A DNA stretch of 64,000 nt from Bilabrum cf. latius (Eukaryota): assembly GCA_965178125.1 (NCBI GenBank), contig OZ237740.1:1-64000 (forward strand), read 5' to 3'. The first letter of the stretch is position 1, and each line of letters starts with the position of its first letter. Positions 9,658 to 22,936 of the stretch are shown here, piece by piece. Under the pieces are notes generated by a model that did not search any database, was not told the origin of the DNA, and was given only the letters and a program-made list of their open reading frames with translations. The translations under genes were made by a program, and so were the position numbers.

Positions 9658-11469
9658 TCAGGAAGCCGATCCGTATCGCGGCACGGCGGCCAGGACGGAC
9701 TGGAGTCCACGGCGCCGATTCCGACTCGTTCTACCATTTCCCCGCCCTCGATGGCCATGATCTCCATCACTGTCTGGGTCCTTGCGCCGATTGAGCTGAT
9801 CGTGGTGGCCTTCTGCAGCGCTGTCCTCTGCTCGAGCATCCCTGCGGATCCGCGCCCTCAAGAGATCGCTAAGCGACTGGAGCGTCCTTTGGGCCTGCGC
9901 CTCCGCTGCTTCTGCCCTGGTCCTCTGGGCGTCTGCCTCTGCCTCGGCCCGCTGCGCCCTTTCGACAGCCTGCAACGTCTCTGCCCTGCGATCGCAGTAC
10001 ATCTTGCACGCCCGGCCCAGCAGTGCTAGGTACTTGTCCCCCCTGTGCCGCTGGTACGCCAGCTCGGACTCGAGAGCTTCCTTCTCGCTCTGAGCTCGCG
10101 CCCGCTTGGGGTTCCTACTCTCTTCTGAGTCCTGCCCAGCTGCACTGCCACCGGTAGCGTCCTTGTCATCGGGGTCTTCCCTGCTGCGTTTCATCCCGAG
10201 TCGGGTCCTTGGCTAGATCTATGCAGCTTGTGGTGTGTGTTTGGCAGATACCACCTGGCAATCGGCACCCCCCTGCTTGCAGTCCGCTGCAACTTGACGA
10301 CCGGCACCGCTACTCTTGCAGGCAGAACGAGTCGCACCGTGCAGTTTGTTTCCCAGTGGACGGCTGGCCGTGCCAAAGCCAGCTGAGCTACCCCTGATGG
10401 CTGTACTGCTGCTAGCGCTGCTGGAACTGCAATTGCCGGCAAAAGTTTGTACTGCCTTTGCTTCTCGGGCTACTTTACTACTACTGCTTGTAGACGCATT
10501 TTCGCCGTTGCCCGAGACTTCTGACGAGAGCTGTGCTTGTGGCACCTCCACAGGCTGCCTTGGCACTGCCATGGGTGGGTCTACCAATCTCTGCCGCTCA
10601 TTGCAATTTTTGTCCATACCTTTGGGCTGCGGAGCGACCTGTGTCTCTAAAACAGCGGTAGTACCACTTTGACTCGTAGCCCCTCGGCCTGTTTGTTCGC
10701 GGTTCCCATCCACGGCCTATCTGCCAGCTGGCTGCAGGAGCTTGGCGAGGACCAGTGGGAGCTCGTCGTTCGAAGCAGCCCGGCTCAATATAGAGGAAAC
10801 CCTATCTCTAGACGCACGCATCCGCCGTGCGCGGTTCCGGTGCCTGGACCAGCTGGCCTCAGCAGGAATGCGCTCGCCTACCTCTATTGCATCATCGCAA
10901 CCGGAATCTGCAGACTCGTCTGGCTCTCCATCGCTGCCACGTGTGCCGATAACACTCTTGCAACCTCCCACGCCATCAGAACACTCGCCACATCTCTACT
11001 GCGTACGCTTGGAATCGGTAGGAGAACTTGCTTTCAAAGACTCCCAGTCAGCCGCAAGACCCCGTAGGCTCTCCTCGTTCGACGAATCAACCCGGCGCTT
11101 CTTCCACTGGATTGCTACCGAACGCTCAACTGCGTGTGTTAACTCCGCGTCTCCACCTGCACCCTCCAGTTCGTCTAAGTATCTGCCATCCGGCAAGAGC
11201 ATGCAGTCGCTGTCGTCTTCAGCACCTGCCAGCCGCACGCTGGATGCATTCCTTCTCGAGAACGTTTTGCCACTCAGTGAGCTCACAGAATGATTTGCTC
11301 TATGCAAAGAATCGCCCAGGCTGGAATCACGGGACCGCTTTCTTCCAATTCCGGTACCGCAGTACCTGGATGCAGAAAGGACTGGTGTTCTGGCGTCGCC
11401 TGGGCTTGTAGAAGCAGTTTCGGTTGGCTCATCACAATCCATACTACTCGATGAAAACCAATAATTCAT
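9658..11469 (-). CDS. Hypothetical ~603-aa low-complexity protein with C-terminal coiled coil
   Basis: Four track ORFs (10996-11499, 10717-10971, 10219-10713, 9658-10194) share one frame and are joined only by TAG (10996, 10717, 10219, 10213). Ends at TGA. Has NLS-like basic motifs. Confidence 0.75.
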
Positions 11470-11793
11470 CGTTTCTTTCTTGAACCAAGACAGCTTCAAG
11501 TTGTCGCCAGGTATGCCTCTCCGCTTCCTTGCTCGTCAAATGTGCTCGAATCAGGTGCTACTACGGCAAATTCCACAGATTTAACAAGATGACCTTTATA
11601 TGGAATCCAGCTATGCAGCGCAATTCAACACTAGGCGCAGGGATGCCTGGATGGGCAGTCTATGCGAATGCTTGCTCCTTTGCACAGCACGACTGTTTGA
11701 TATTTGTAGCGAGTAGATTGGTTCGTGAAAATCAGATATATTATTGCAAGACAGCTCGCTCTAGACATCTACAAACCGACAACACTTCTAGCT

Positions 11794-13722
11794 ATGGCTG
11801 CGTCCAGCTCGAGTGCCGCTAGTTCGATTTCAGATGACTTACGGCGTCGATTTACAGAGGCTGGGCAGGATCATGTGTTCGGGCGTGTTGATGCAGGTGG
11901 AGTGAGAGTCTGGCGCATAGCATGTTTTTTAATGGTGCGCCCGCAATGAGGCCTGCAATCTTGGGTGTGTGCCATTCACGCATTCCTTTCTTGCAGTGCA
12001 GCGAAGATGACGTGAGGGCGTTCGAGAAGCAGTTACAAGAGGTGGAACTTGGATCCGTAGCAGACATATTTTCGTCAACAATGAAGGCAAGTGAAGGTGA
12101 GACTGATGTGCATAAAGAAGGTTGATCCAACATATCGCACACATGCCACAACCCCAGTTCGGTTCATTTAGTGGCCGGCTGTCGCAGCTGCAAAGTCAGG
12201 CGACGCCTCAGCAGTTGCAGGCCTCGAGCCAGTCCGCGACGTAGCAAGCTTGAATGCATCTTCAGGTAAAGACTTACAGTCTTGGTAGGCAATAGGATTG
12301 AAAGCAGTCCGCGATGGGCATCTTGCTGCGGTGGTCCTGGCTGGAGGGCAGGGTACGCGGCTGGGGTTTGATCGCCCGAAAGGAGAGTACGATGTTGGGC
12401 TGCCATCCAAGAAATCTCTATTTCAGATCCAAATCGAACGAATCCAGAGGGTTCGTGCAATGGCTGCAGCCGAGGCGGCCCTCTCGCCGCTGGACGTGCA
12501 CGTGCCCCTGTACGTGATGACGAGCCCGCAGACAGACGCGGAGACTCGCCGGTACTTTGCCGAGCATGCGAACTTTGGGCTCCCGGATGGAGATGTGTTC
12601 TTTTTCTAGCAAGGCACCATGCCATGCTTTACTCCAGAGGGAAAGTTCATGCTAGCGGCCCCTTGCAAGCTCGCCACAGCCCCAGACGGGAACGGAGGAA
12701 TCTATCGCGCGCTCCATTCTTCAGGCGCTGTGGCAGACATGAAGCGGAGGGGGGTGCGGATGATGCACGTGTATGCTGTTGATAATCTTGCGGTTCGCGC
12801 CGTGGACCCTGTGTTCCTAGGCCTGTGCCTGGCCCGTGGTGCGGACGTCGGGTCCAAGGTGTGCCGCAAGCGGGACGCCGGCGAGAAAGTCGGCGTGCTG
12901 TGCCGGAAGGGTGGCCGCTTCGCCGTGGTAGAGTACTCCGACATGGATGAAGAGTCCAAGACTGCCACGGACGATGACGGCAACCTGAAGTTTTCAGCCG
13001 GCAACATCTGCATCCACGCCTACTCTCTCAAGTTCATCGAGAGGGACGTCTCCATGGACTCGCTGCCCAGGGAGTACCACGTCGCGAGGAAAAAAATTGG
13101 CTTCGTGGATCCGGAGTCCGGGGAGGAGTACCCAGCGTCATCTCTCTCGGCGCCCTCTGGCATCAAGCTGGAGACGTTCATTTTCGACGTGTTCAGCCGG
13201 GCTGAGAAAATGGCAGTGCTAGAGGTGGACAGGAGCCAGGAGTTCGCGCCTGTGAAGAACGCACCGGGCACGGCCAGGGACTCGCCAGACTCAGCCAGGG
13301 CGCTCCTGTCACGCCTGCACAGGCATTGGCTGCTCCGCGCTGGCGCGCGGGTCGTTCGGCCCGACTCTGGGGTGTGGGAGCTGCCGGAGGGGGCGGGCGA
13401 GGGGGCGGGCGGCAAGGGGGCAGCAGGAGCAGCAGCAGGGGGTGACGAGGCCTCCATTACAGGAGAAGCGGCAGGAGGGGCATCTGAAGAAGACGACGAG
13501 GGCGCCCCCATGGTGGAGGTGAGCCCGTGGGTGAGCTATGCGGGGGAGGGGCTAGAGGCGCTCAAGGGAGCCGAGCTGAGGGCGCCTCTGCTGGTCGTGC
13601 TGCGGTCGGAGGAGCTAGGGGCGGGGGATGCGCGGGCGGAGACCGTGGAGTTGCCGAGTGGGGGTAGGTTGCGGCACTCGATCACCGAGTCTGGTGTTCA
13701 TGTGTATGAGGTGCTTGGGTGA
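11794..13722 (+). CDS. UAP1: UDP-N-acetylglucosamine pyrophosphorylase
   Basis: Motifs AGQDHVF, LAGGQGTRLG, PKG, SLFQIQ, APDGNGG, VEYSD, KLETFIFDVF and EFAPVKNA. Two 5' GT-AG introns (approximate). In-frame TAG at 12286 and 12607. TGA stop. Confidence 0.95.
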
Positions 13723-15870
13723 TGATTTGCACCACTAGCTTTTCATATGACCCCCCATGACTGTGGCGCGGCACAGCATGTCAGTTCTTTTTTTGTTCAG
13801 TATATGCTTCTAGTTTGGCAAGGGGCTACCGGTCGGGCTTGTGGCTTGCAATAAGTACGAAGATACACCTACGCCATAAGTACACGCAATAATCGCTGTC
13901 CGCATCCGTCGGTTGTAACTTACCCCGACACATTCATCACACCAATTCTTGACCGCAACGATCCCCGACACAATACAACTCGTCGATTATCACGCGACAT
14001 CAATAGCGTATCTTCCATGTAATGAGGTTTTTTCATTGTGTAATTAGTGAATTACCATACAACCACCGTAAGGCTAACGAGAGGAGCAGCACGCTGATCC
14101 AAATGCCACTGAAACCACAGTCCACGCTGCATCCCTATTGTGCAATCATTTCGACGAATAGAATGCGCTATTGGTCGACTTCATTACAGATCAAATAGGT
14201 ATTTAAAACAAATCACCGCTCCAGTATGTCACAGAGAGTCCATTAGAACCGAGGATGGTCTCATTTGACGTCAGATCTCGATTCATTTTGGGCAGAATCC
14301 AATTCACCACTGTCCTGATACACTTATAGTTTATTTATACATACGATTTGTTTGTGTATGGTACTGTATTTGTACAGGTCCTACAATTTCGCAAGTTGTG
14401 GCTGTTTCCAGTGGTTTGGTACCATTCAGAACACAATTGTGTCAAATCTATGAGGCCAGTACTAGTTTGAGACTAATCATGGTATTAATATACCTAATAA
14501 AAGGCAGTGTACGGATTTTCAGTCCCAATGGTGTAGAATAGCATGGCGTACTTCAGGTCTTCTGGATCTGGCCACCCGCACAGCTGCTGGTGCTGCTCGT
14601 GTCCTAATGATGGCCATAGTAGCCTCCTGTTCGATTTTCTGAATACGATCAATACAAAAAATGTAGTGGTTGGTCTCAATTCGCGGTAAGCTGCAGATTG
14701 GTGAGGTAAATGTGCAATAGCTAACTCTGCGGCCTGGTTCAGTCATCCTCACGGGAAACACCCTACTCATGAACCGCACAGCAGAATATGAGCGCGTTAT
14801 TTGAATAAAGTCATCAATTTGCTCAGAATTATGAGGAGTGTAATCAAATTCAGTATCTCAGAGGGCCAATCGAAGCAAGTTTGTTGCGGCTGCCAGAGGG
14901 ATGACCGTGGACCCTGTCGTGTCCAAATGAATCTTATTCAGACATTCGTCTGCACAGCAGCGTATAATTTAGCATCATTATCATACAGGTATATTTTTAG
15001 GTCTATTTTGTAGACTAGAAAGGGGTATGCGGGCAGTGTCGGGGTGTCGTGCGACACTAATCACACAGTTTTGGCGCCGCGCAAAGCTGCAGCTCCCTGC
15101 TAGAGGCCAATTCTTTGAATGGCATGTTAACAGACTTAATCTCATCGTATGGAGTTGAAAGGCGCACCAGCAGACTCGCAAGAGCGCGCTGAATCGAATT
15201 GCATCATGATTTCTTCTCCGAATTATCTGGGCGCCGCGCAAATTGCTGATCCGGAACCGGCAAAAACCAGTAAATTGTGTATTGTTCCGTTACATTCGAC
15301 GGATTTTTGGTTTTTGGGGGTGGTGAACGAACTTACGTCTGAGCTGCACTCGACTCCGCTGTTCCAAACAGGCGGAGCTAATCCGTAGCAGAATTAGTAG
15401 TGTCAAAGGTTCCGTGCACTAAGGTGAGATTCCGAGAGAAGTTGATATGATAGAGCGGTGTCTCAACTGGATCGCCAGAGCCACTATTGTATCAGTATGT
15501 AGATGCAATGTAGTGGAATGCAACGGTTGGCGATGGTACACTTGTCCTACCACACTTCCTTGAGTGGCGCGGTTGCTGATTACCCTCTGCGCCTGTTCGT
15601 GTTGCTCTCGAGAACTCGAAGCACCATTGAGGCGGCAGCGTATGTACCACAAGCTCTTGCTCGTCTAGGTTATGCAATGCTGTATAGTGAACGTATATGC
15701 AGTAGACTATCACGCTGCTGGTTTGTACTATTCCTGAGCCCCTTCGCGCAGAATTGGCTGCCCACCAGATCTACTTTTCAAGGGTGGTTCTGTCCAGATC
15801 GGCACGACACCAAGTCAGAAGCCGCACGGTAGTACACTGCAGGCTATATCAAGTTTGGAGATATCAAAGG

Positions 15871-16716
15871 ATGGCGGGTGCGCACTTGAAGCTGGACACG
15901 TCAAAGGGGCCGCAGTCTCGTGCCGAAGCCATTTCGGTGCAGGAGGGCCGCATCGGGTCTCCAGGTGGGGCCGCGCCCAGCGTTCCCCGCAGCAGCCTTC
16001 CCGCAAAAACTCCAGGACCAGGTGAGAAGGCATCAATGCGGCGGGAGGGCTCGATGCGGGCTGAGAACCCTGTGCCTGACTGGCTCAAAGACAAGGTGGA
16101 CGCTGTTGTGTGGGACTTTGACAAGACGATTCTACGAATTCACGCCTACGGGTCGAGGATATAGGTAGATCAAGTAGAGTCGCGACCTCTGGCGTCCGAT
16201 TTCGCCGATCTGGAGTTTTTCACCACGTTGGTGCACCGGCTCGAAGAAGCAGGGATTGGCGTGTACGTGGCCTCGTACGGGCGCAACGATGTGATCCGCG
16301 CGTACCTGGAGAGGGCCGTTCACGGGAGCTTTGGGCCTGACCAAGTGAGCACCCCAGCAACCGTGGGCGGCAGGGATGGGTACCCCACCAAGGACGGCAA
16401 GAATCCGCAGCTATAGAAGATATGCAAGGATACGGGCTTCAAGATGGATCGCTTGCTCTTCTTCGACGATGACAACAGCAACGTGAAGCAAGCAGAGGCG
16501 AGAGGTGTCATGTCTGTCCATTGCCCCGAAGCTTTCCTCCGGACGACATGGGAGCGAGCCATGACTACCGTGCGTGAGAAGCGGGAGGTGGCCTCGGCTG
16601 CGGTTGGTGGCGCGGGCGACGGCGCAGCAGCACCAGAGCCTGCTGCTGCGCTCCCCCAGGAAGGGGACAGCGAAGTAGAGGAGGAGGAGGAGGACCCGGG
16701 GGCCGTAGGGGAATGA
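15871..16716 (+). CDS. HAD-superfamily hydrolase/phosphatase
   Basis: HAD motifs VVWDFDKT (I), VAS (II), GKN (III) and LFFDD (IV) lie in one frame joined by TAG at 16162 and 16414. TGA stop. Confidence 0.85.
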
Positions 16717-16890
16717 GGTCGGTGAACCACTGAGCCTGCAGTGCGTGTGCGTATAATGTGCCTTGTGCCACACACAGCTGATCCATCTCGAGTTGCAACG
16801 AGCCGCGTTCCCCGCGCTACCTTGACCGTTTCACAGTCAAACATGTAATCAGTGTTAGAACCATTCGCGCATCACAACTAGTTATTGGGA

Positions 16891-19800
16891 TCATCCGACG
16901 ATTCCAGACCGCATCCGCCGCCTTGCGGCATTCGCATTGCCAGTTGGCGAATACTCATCATCCCCGGGGCAGCCGCGGTCCCCGGAAGGGAGCCACTTGT
17001 CCATGATGAGCTCCACGGAGCCGTGCTGCGACGTGACGCTCAGTTCTCCAAGGTACGGACAGTCGTTGCTGCAGCTGGGGCCCGCGCTAGCGCAGTTCAC
17101 CTGCACCCGCTCCACGACCACCAGCCCGTCGGTCCTGTCCTCGGCGCCTGCACAAGGGTCCACCGGCCTGCCCTGCGCGTCCCTCTAGTCGAACCCGAGC
17201 CCAGAGCAGCGCAACCTGCCCCCTGTCACAACAGACACGATTCCCGCGAAGCGAGTGGCATGGATCCGCACCTCGCCTGAGTCAGTCTCTACCTACAGTA
17301 CAGCCCTCGGGTCCAGCTGGATCTCATCGATGCGCACCCCTCCGCTCACAGTTGCTGCACGCATGGCCTCCCGCACCAGCGGGCGATAGGCACGCACAGA
17401 TCCTGCCGAACCGCGAATATCGTAGACCTGAGCGTCCGTGTCCGTCAGCTCAATCAGCCCCTGCTCGCCAACGAGTCGAAGCGTCCCGGCGCCCTGCGTG
17501 TTGCGTACCACGGTCCTCTCCACGCGGACCAGCGACTGCGAGCCACGCAGCAGCACATCGCAATCGGTGAAGTTGGATTCTTGCAGCGAGATGCCGCCGA
17601 GGTCAGTGTTCAGGTCAACGTTGTAGTCGGACTGGCCCAGCAGCAGCGGGTTGCATCTCGCAGACACGCCTTGCAGAGTCAGCTCGCCCAGCCCAGTCTC
17701 AGCACGCAGCCCGAGAGCCCCGAGACGCACGTTGGTGAGGTCGATCGCGCCTCCCCCAGTGACCAGCTCACCGCGAACGAGCTCGATCTCGCCGTCCTGG
17801 GCGCCCTGTGGCAGCGACAGGTCGATGCCGCCGAAAGTGCCGCTCATGCTGGCAGATAGACGGAGCCCAGGCACCTGCTCCGGGGAGGATGCCTCCGCGG
17901 CGCTAGTGGCTGCAGCCCTGGCCCTGCCCTAGTCGGTTTGCAGCACTGCCTGCAGGGCCCTCTACCGAGCCAGGGGCGTGTCGCCAGGACTAGGTGTGCC
18001 GAGCATGCGTGCGTTGGAAGCAGAGGTGGCGTGGGGGGCCACCTGCACCTCAACGTCCGTGTAGTGGCACGACACGTCGAACCCCATGATTTTTGTCGGG
18101 GTGGTCTGCTCCGCCACGACACCAACAGAGTTGTCCTGCCGCCTGCGGAGGTCAGGGAAGTCACCCGCCGCGAACCTGCTCCGGAATGCCCCGCGCACCA
18201 CTCCCAGCTGCGTCGTTCCGCTGGCTTGCCCCGACTCGGCACCGGCGAGAACCAGGCGCACGACACCGCGCTTCTCGGTGCTCTCCACGAAAATGTGGTC
18301 CCCAACGCCTCCGTACGAGCTTCCCCTCGTCAGGGCCGCAGGGGAGGCCTCCTGGACGCCGTCCTCCGTCGACGTGTACGCTATCGCAGTGGAGGCGTCC
18401 TCAAACACGTTGTCCTCCGAGTGATCGCCCAGGGCCGAGCACTGCGTGGAGAATTGCAAGGCAGCTACTGCCAGCCCAACCACCAATAGAACCAGAAAAA
18501 CCATGCAGCCACAGCACGCGCCGATCATGCACCTGCTGGTTGCGGTGCCGTTCGTCCATCGCTACTTCCAGCACATCCTGACTGCGTTGTGGTGCCTAGG
18601 GGGCCTCTCCCTCAGCTGCAGGTCTGCCTCAGACTCCACGACGATCGTGTGGGAGGCTTTACTGCCACCCTATGGCTTTGTGCCCGCTGCAGCCTTAGAC
18701 GCGCCGGCCTCTTCGCCTTCGTCCACGCCGTGCACACCCTGCTCCCTTCTCTCCCGCCCCTCCACCACGTCGAGCTGCTGCTCCACGTCCTCCTTGTGGG
18801 CGCGGACACGGATGCGGTGATACAGAGCGCGTCTCAGTGCGTGGATGTTGTCGTCCTCGCCTTGCTTGCGCGGGGGATCAGCGTTGACCATTTCCTCCGC
18901 CCTGTCCGACTGCTCATCGTCCACGTCGGCGTCCTCCTGGATGGCATCCGCTCGAGCACGCAGGGCTAGGTACCTTGCCCCTTCCTCGCGGGCCAGCGCT
19001 GCCGCAAGCTGGTCCACCTCGGCTCGGGACATGCGGTTGTGCCTGCGCAAGGCTTGCTGGGCCTTGGCCAGGGCCTCCACCCGCTGCCGCATGAGCTCCC
19101 AGACCTGCTGCAGCTCCGCGTAAAGCTGGTCCACCAAGTTCTCCAGCTCGCTGCGACGCTTGAGTTCGGAGCGAAGTCGACACGTCGCAAATATCTGCGT
19201 GGCGAGCACAACCGCTGTGCACAGCGACATGAAGCCCAGCACGTTGAGGTTGTCCTGCACGAACCGCTCGAACTGCTCCTTGTCGTACTTGCCCCCGAAC
19301 GTGGGAGGGAGCACCTTGCGCACCTGTTCCCAATTATCGGTCAACTCCGCCTGCACTCGATCGGCTTCCGCAAACGCTGCCGCCCCGAACGCCGCAAACA
19401 CGAGCGAGGACAGCACGATAAGCACAAGGAATATCTGCATGATGCCGCGGGACTACAAGGCCGTGCCCACGCAACCGATTGTCGTGAGGATCACGACGAA
19501 GAAGCCCATGATAAACACGGCGAAGGCAGCGTAAGGTGCCTCGATGGAGGCCGCAGTATCGGCCATGTATGCGGCCGCCGCCATGAGGCCGGCCCCGAGG
19601 GGCAGCATAGCGATGCTGGTGGCCTGCAACAGGACCGAGAAGGCCTTCACTGGAGTGACCAGTCTGACGACATTCGCCATGGCACACAATAGCATGAACC
19701 CGAGGACCACGGCAACCGCACCGGAGATGTAGAGGTACGCCTTCAGGTCCGCGACGACCTGGTCCGCGTCCAGATCCTCGCGCTGCTCTGGGCTCAGCTG

Positions 19801-20492
19801 CGGGTGGTGGGGCTAGCATGACGGAACGTTTTTCTTGCGGAGGCACTTTGTGTCGGACAGGTGTCACAAATTTCACATGGAACCGACTCGAGTATTCTAG
19901 GATCTCACGCCAGCAGTGATTTCGTCCCAGTTGTCCTCGACTTGCCGCACGGCCGAGCCCGTCAAGATGAAGCAGAATCCACCCATCAAAAACATGGACA
20001 GAGCGGTAAACACTAGAAAAGTATAATACTGCGAACGCGAAACCGGGTGAGATGATTCGGGGCCATGCCGAATGCAGTTGTACAGCGGGACCGAGTGGGC
20101 GACAGGCAGAAGCCAGCGCTCACGAAGAGGAGAATCCTGTGGGCCCTAGACCGCACGATGCCGAAGATACCCAGCAAAGTTACAAATACCAACAAAATGC
20201 CCAGACCAGAAAGGGCGTACAACACCCATTGCAACTGCACGAGTCGAACACCTCCGACGAAGCTGAACACTGTCAGTCCGACTCCAATGATGAGAAGCAG
20301 CACGTTGAAGCACCAGAGGCACCGCTTAGCCGCCTGAATATTATCCTCAAACTTTTCCTGGTCGGAACGGTTGTCGTCATCATCAAACCCACCATCCTCG
20401 TACTCATTGTCGTAACCGCCGCCCTTCACGTTCGGTTTGTCGAGAACTGCATGACCCATGACGACCTCTTCATCGTATCTATGATTTCGCAT
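16891..20492 (-). CDS. Large membrane protein: two tandem tetraspanin-like units, coiled coil, one further TM segment and a DUF4097/adhesin-like beta-repeat domain
   Basis: Tetraspanin-like TM patterns (FNVLLLIIGVGL...LLGIFG; GFFVVILTTIGCVGTAL-Q-SRG). Two GT-AG introns at about 20030-20123 and 19798-19908. One frame then continues through 7 TAGs to TGA at 16891. The C-terminal part has T-x-x-G-x-I/V repeats. Confidence 0.75.
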
Positions 20493-20680
20493 TGATAATT
20501 AAACACCACAAGCAAGATGAATCCGCCGGAATCTGGCAGTTTGGCTGCAAAACAGTACCGAAACTGCACCGTGTACCGCCGGCGTATCCATCTTGAAACA
20601 TTACGCTTCAAATACTTGATTTATGGATCGGACCACTGCCACACGCTTCCAATCATCCAAAGGGGGATTGTACTGCAACT

Positions 20681-21256
20681 ATGCCAGCTCCCACGCCTAT
20701 CGCAGTTGGCAAGAACAAGGGTCATGTTGTTTCGAAGCGTCTGACCACCACTGAGGACCGGATTGCACTGAAGCCATCGTACAGGCCAAGGGTAAGGAGC
20801 CAAGTGTTCATCTTCTTTCTTATTCGCAAGGCCTAGGAGGTACTAATGGGAATATTTGCTGCATTTATCATCAATTTGTATTCTTTGTACTCATTATTGC
20901 GAATTGCAGAAGCTTTCTGCCCGTGCTAAGGTCATCCGCCAGGTGGTGCGGGAGACGCTTGGTGTTGCCGCGTACGAGAAGCGAATGATCGATATCTTCA
21001 AGGCCGGCGTTGGTAACGTTGAGAAGCGAGTTTACAGGCTCGCCAAGAAGAGGGTGAGGCTGATGCCTTTTGGTGCTGTAGTACAGGCTCCGCCTGTTCG
21101 TTCTACCTTTGCAGCGCTGCAACTCTACCACTGCTGGCCCTGTCTCCTAGCCTCTTTCTGCTTCTGTCGCAGCTTGGTACGCACACCCGCGCCCTGCGTA
21201 AGCGTGAGGAGATGAGGTCTATCTTCCAGGCACAGAAGGCCGGCGGCCAGCGCTGA
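20681..21256 (+). CDS. RPL36: 60S ribosomal protein eL36
   Basis: Exons 20681-20791, 20910-21053 and 21173-21256 with GT-AG introns. Protein IAVGKNKGHVV...IRQVVRETLGVAAYEKR...AKKRLGTHTRALRKREEM. TGA stop and no TAG codons. Confidence 0.96.
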
Positions 21257-21433
21257 GTTGGAGAGCTTGGGTTGATATTTGAGGGCTCCTCGGTGCTTGA
21301 TTTTGGGTGCATGATGCCCAAGGTGGGCCAAGAATATGGGAGTTTTCATGATACATTTTCGCTGAAAGTCATTTCACACACTGCATTGGTCATTCGGCGG
21401 ACAGAGGCTGCTGAGCTGTTCACAGATAGAGGC

Positions 21434-22798
21434 TCAGCTGCGTTTGGAGCTCTGGTCGAGGGTTCGCAAGAACCGGGAGCTAACGACGGCAGCTCTTTTT
21501 CTAGATATCAGAATGACTGCTAAGTTGGACAGACCTGCGGCTTGCCGCTTGCTGTTGACGGCCTACGCGCCCGACTCAGTTTCCGTGGATGCCACGATGG
21601 CGTTCAGAGTGGGATCCCGAGTGGATGGCCCGAACGGGTCGTCGAGAGCATGGACTTCGACGGTCTCAACCGATGCCGGCATGCAGTCGCTCGCTGCTTC
21701 CACCAGTGCATTTCTCCTCGTTGCAAAATCTTGCACCATGTCGTGCCCCGGCTTGCCAGCCCGCCGCAGCATGGCGTCACCGGTTATGCCGACCACGACG
21801 CGCCGGGGCCGCAATGCAGCGACAGTCTTGAGCAATCGCCTGTGCCCGGCATGAAGCCTGTCAAATGAACCACCTATCACAACATCCGAGTACTGTGGCA
21901 CAGGCCGCGCAGCCCTAGTCGCAACCGCGGGTACGGCAAGGTCGTCGAACAGCAGGGCCTCGGTGCTCTCCGCCACCCTCTTTCCTGGTGCTGCCTCGAG
22001 CTTCTGTAGACAACGTTGCACTGCCTCCTCGTCCCAGCATTTATCGTACGGCAGCGTGGCAGCAGACTGCGCCTGCAGAATGCGTCTGCTTCGCCGGTAC
22101 ACGGTCACACATGCACCTTCACGCTAGACCGAAGCTTCCTTCCCGCGAGTGTCGTACGCGCTTATGTGCTAAGCTTCCTTGCCATCTAAGACTTCGAACT
22201 TGGCCCAAGAGCGTGCGTACCCCGCCGATCGCCTGCGTTGTAGACAGGGAGATATCCCGGCAAGGAGCTTGCTCTGGAGAGCCAAGTCGTTGCTCATCTT
22301 CAAGACCCATAATCTATCGCTTAAGTCCAGAGATTCTGCAACAGAATTCGTCCAAACCACACTGCCCATGGAGCCATGCCCATGGATCGTGGCCTTAACA
22401 CCGGGTTTTCCAACTTGAAGCTATGCATCAAATAACGATTCCTCAAGATCCAACTCTCGAATGCACAAATTTGCTTGTGATGCTCTTCTATGAGCAACGG
22501 CGCCCGATTCTGCTGCAGGCGACAGTACAACGTAAACGCGATCGTTGGCCATCTTGAGAGCCTCTACAAGTAGTCGCTATTCCTCGCACGCTTGCCTGGC
22601 ACCGTGTGTCACGCATTGGGGTAATATTATAGCAATGGAATTCGACGGCTTGGAACTACCTTGTGTTGATCTTATAAGAGCCTCCCAAACCTTCGAACTA
22701 AATTTAGTGGCTGTTTGTCCACGTCTGGCCCTCCACGCGGCAAATCCAATAGCGGCAGCAGCGAAAATGCTTGAAACAGCAATGTCTACAATCTGCAT
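21434..22798 (-). CDS. Phosphopantetheine adenylyltransferase (CoaD/COASY-type nucleotidyltransferase domain) with N-terminal hydrophobic anchor
   Basis: Motifs GGSFDRLHAGH (HxGH), VGIT, DPFGP, IVASTET, then VN..R...GL and SS..LR after a TAG at 21563. Single intronless frame of 454 aa with 5 TAGs and a TGA stop. Confidence 0.85.
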
Positions 22799-22936
22799 GT
22801 AGCCGAAACAAATACGGCGTCTCCAATGCGCTTGGAAACATAGAATACCCGGAATAGAAGACCACCAAAAACAACACGGCACAATGGTGATTATATCAGA
22901 TCGACAGATCGCCGGGCGTATTCTTGCTGGACGAGG

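Noticed and set aside
13740-15860. Possible small spliced gene(s) on the minus strand (about 14490-14770 and 13740-14020)
   Set aside because: Splice-like signals exist, but I could not build a consistent model or recognise a protein.
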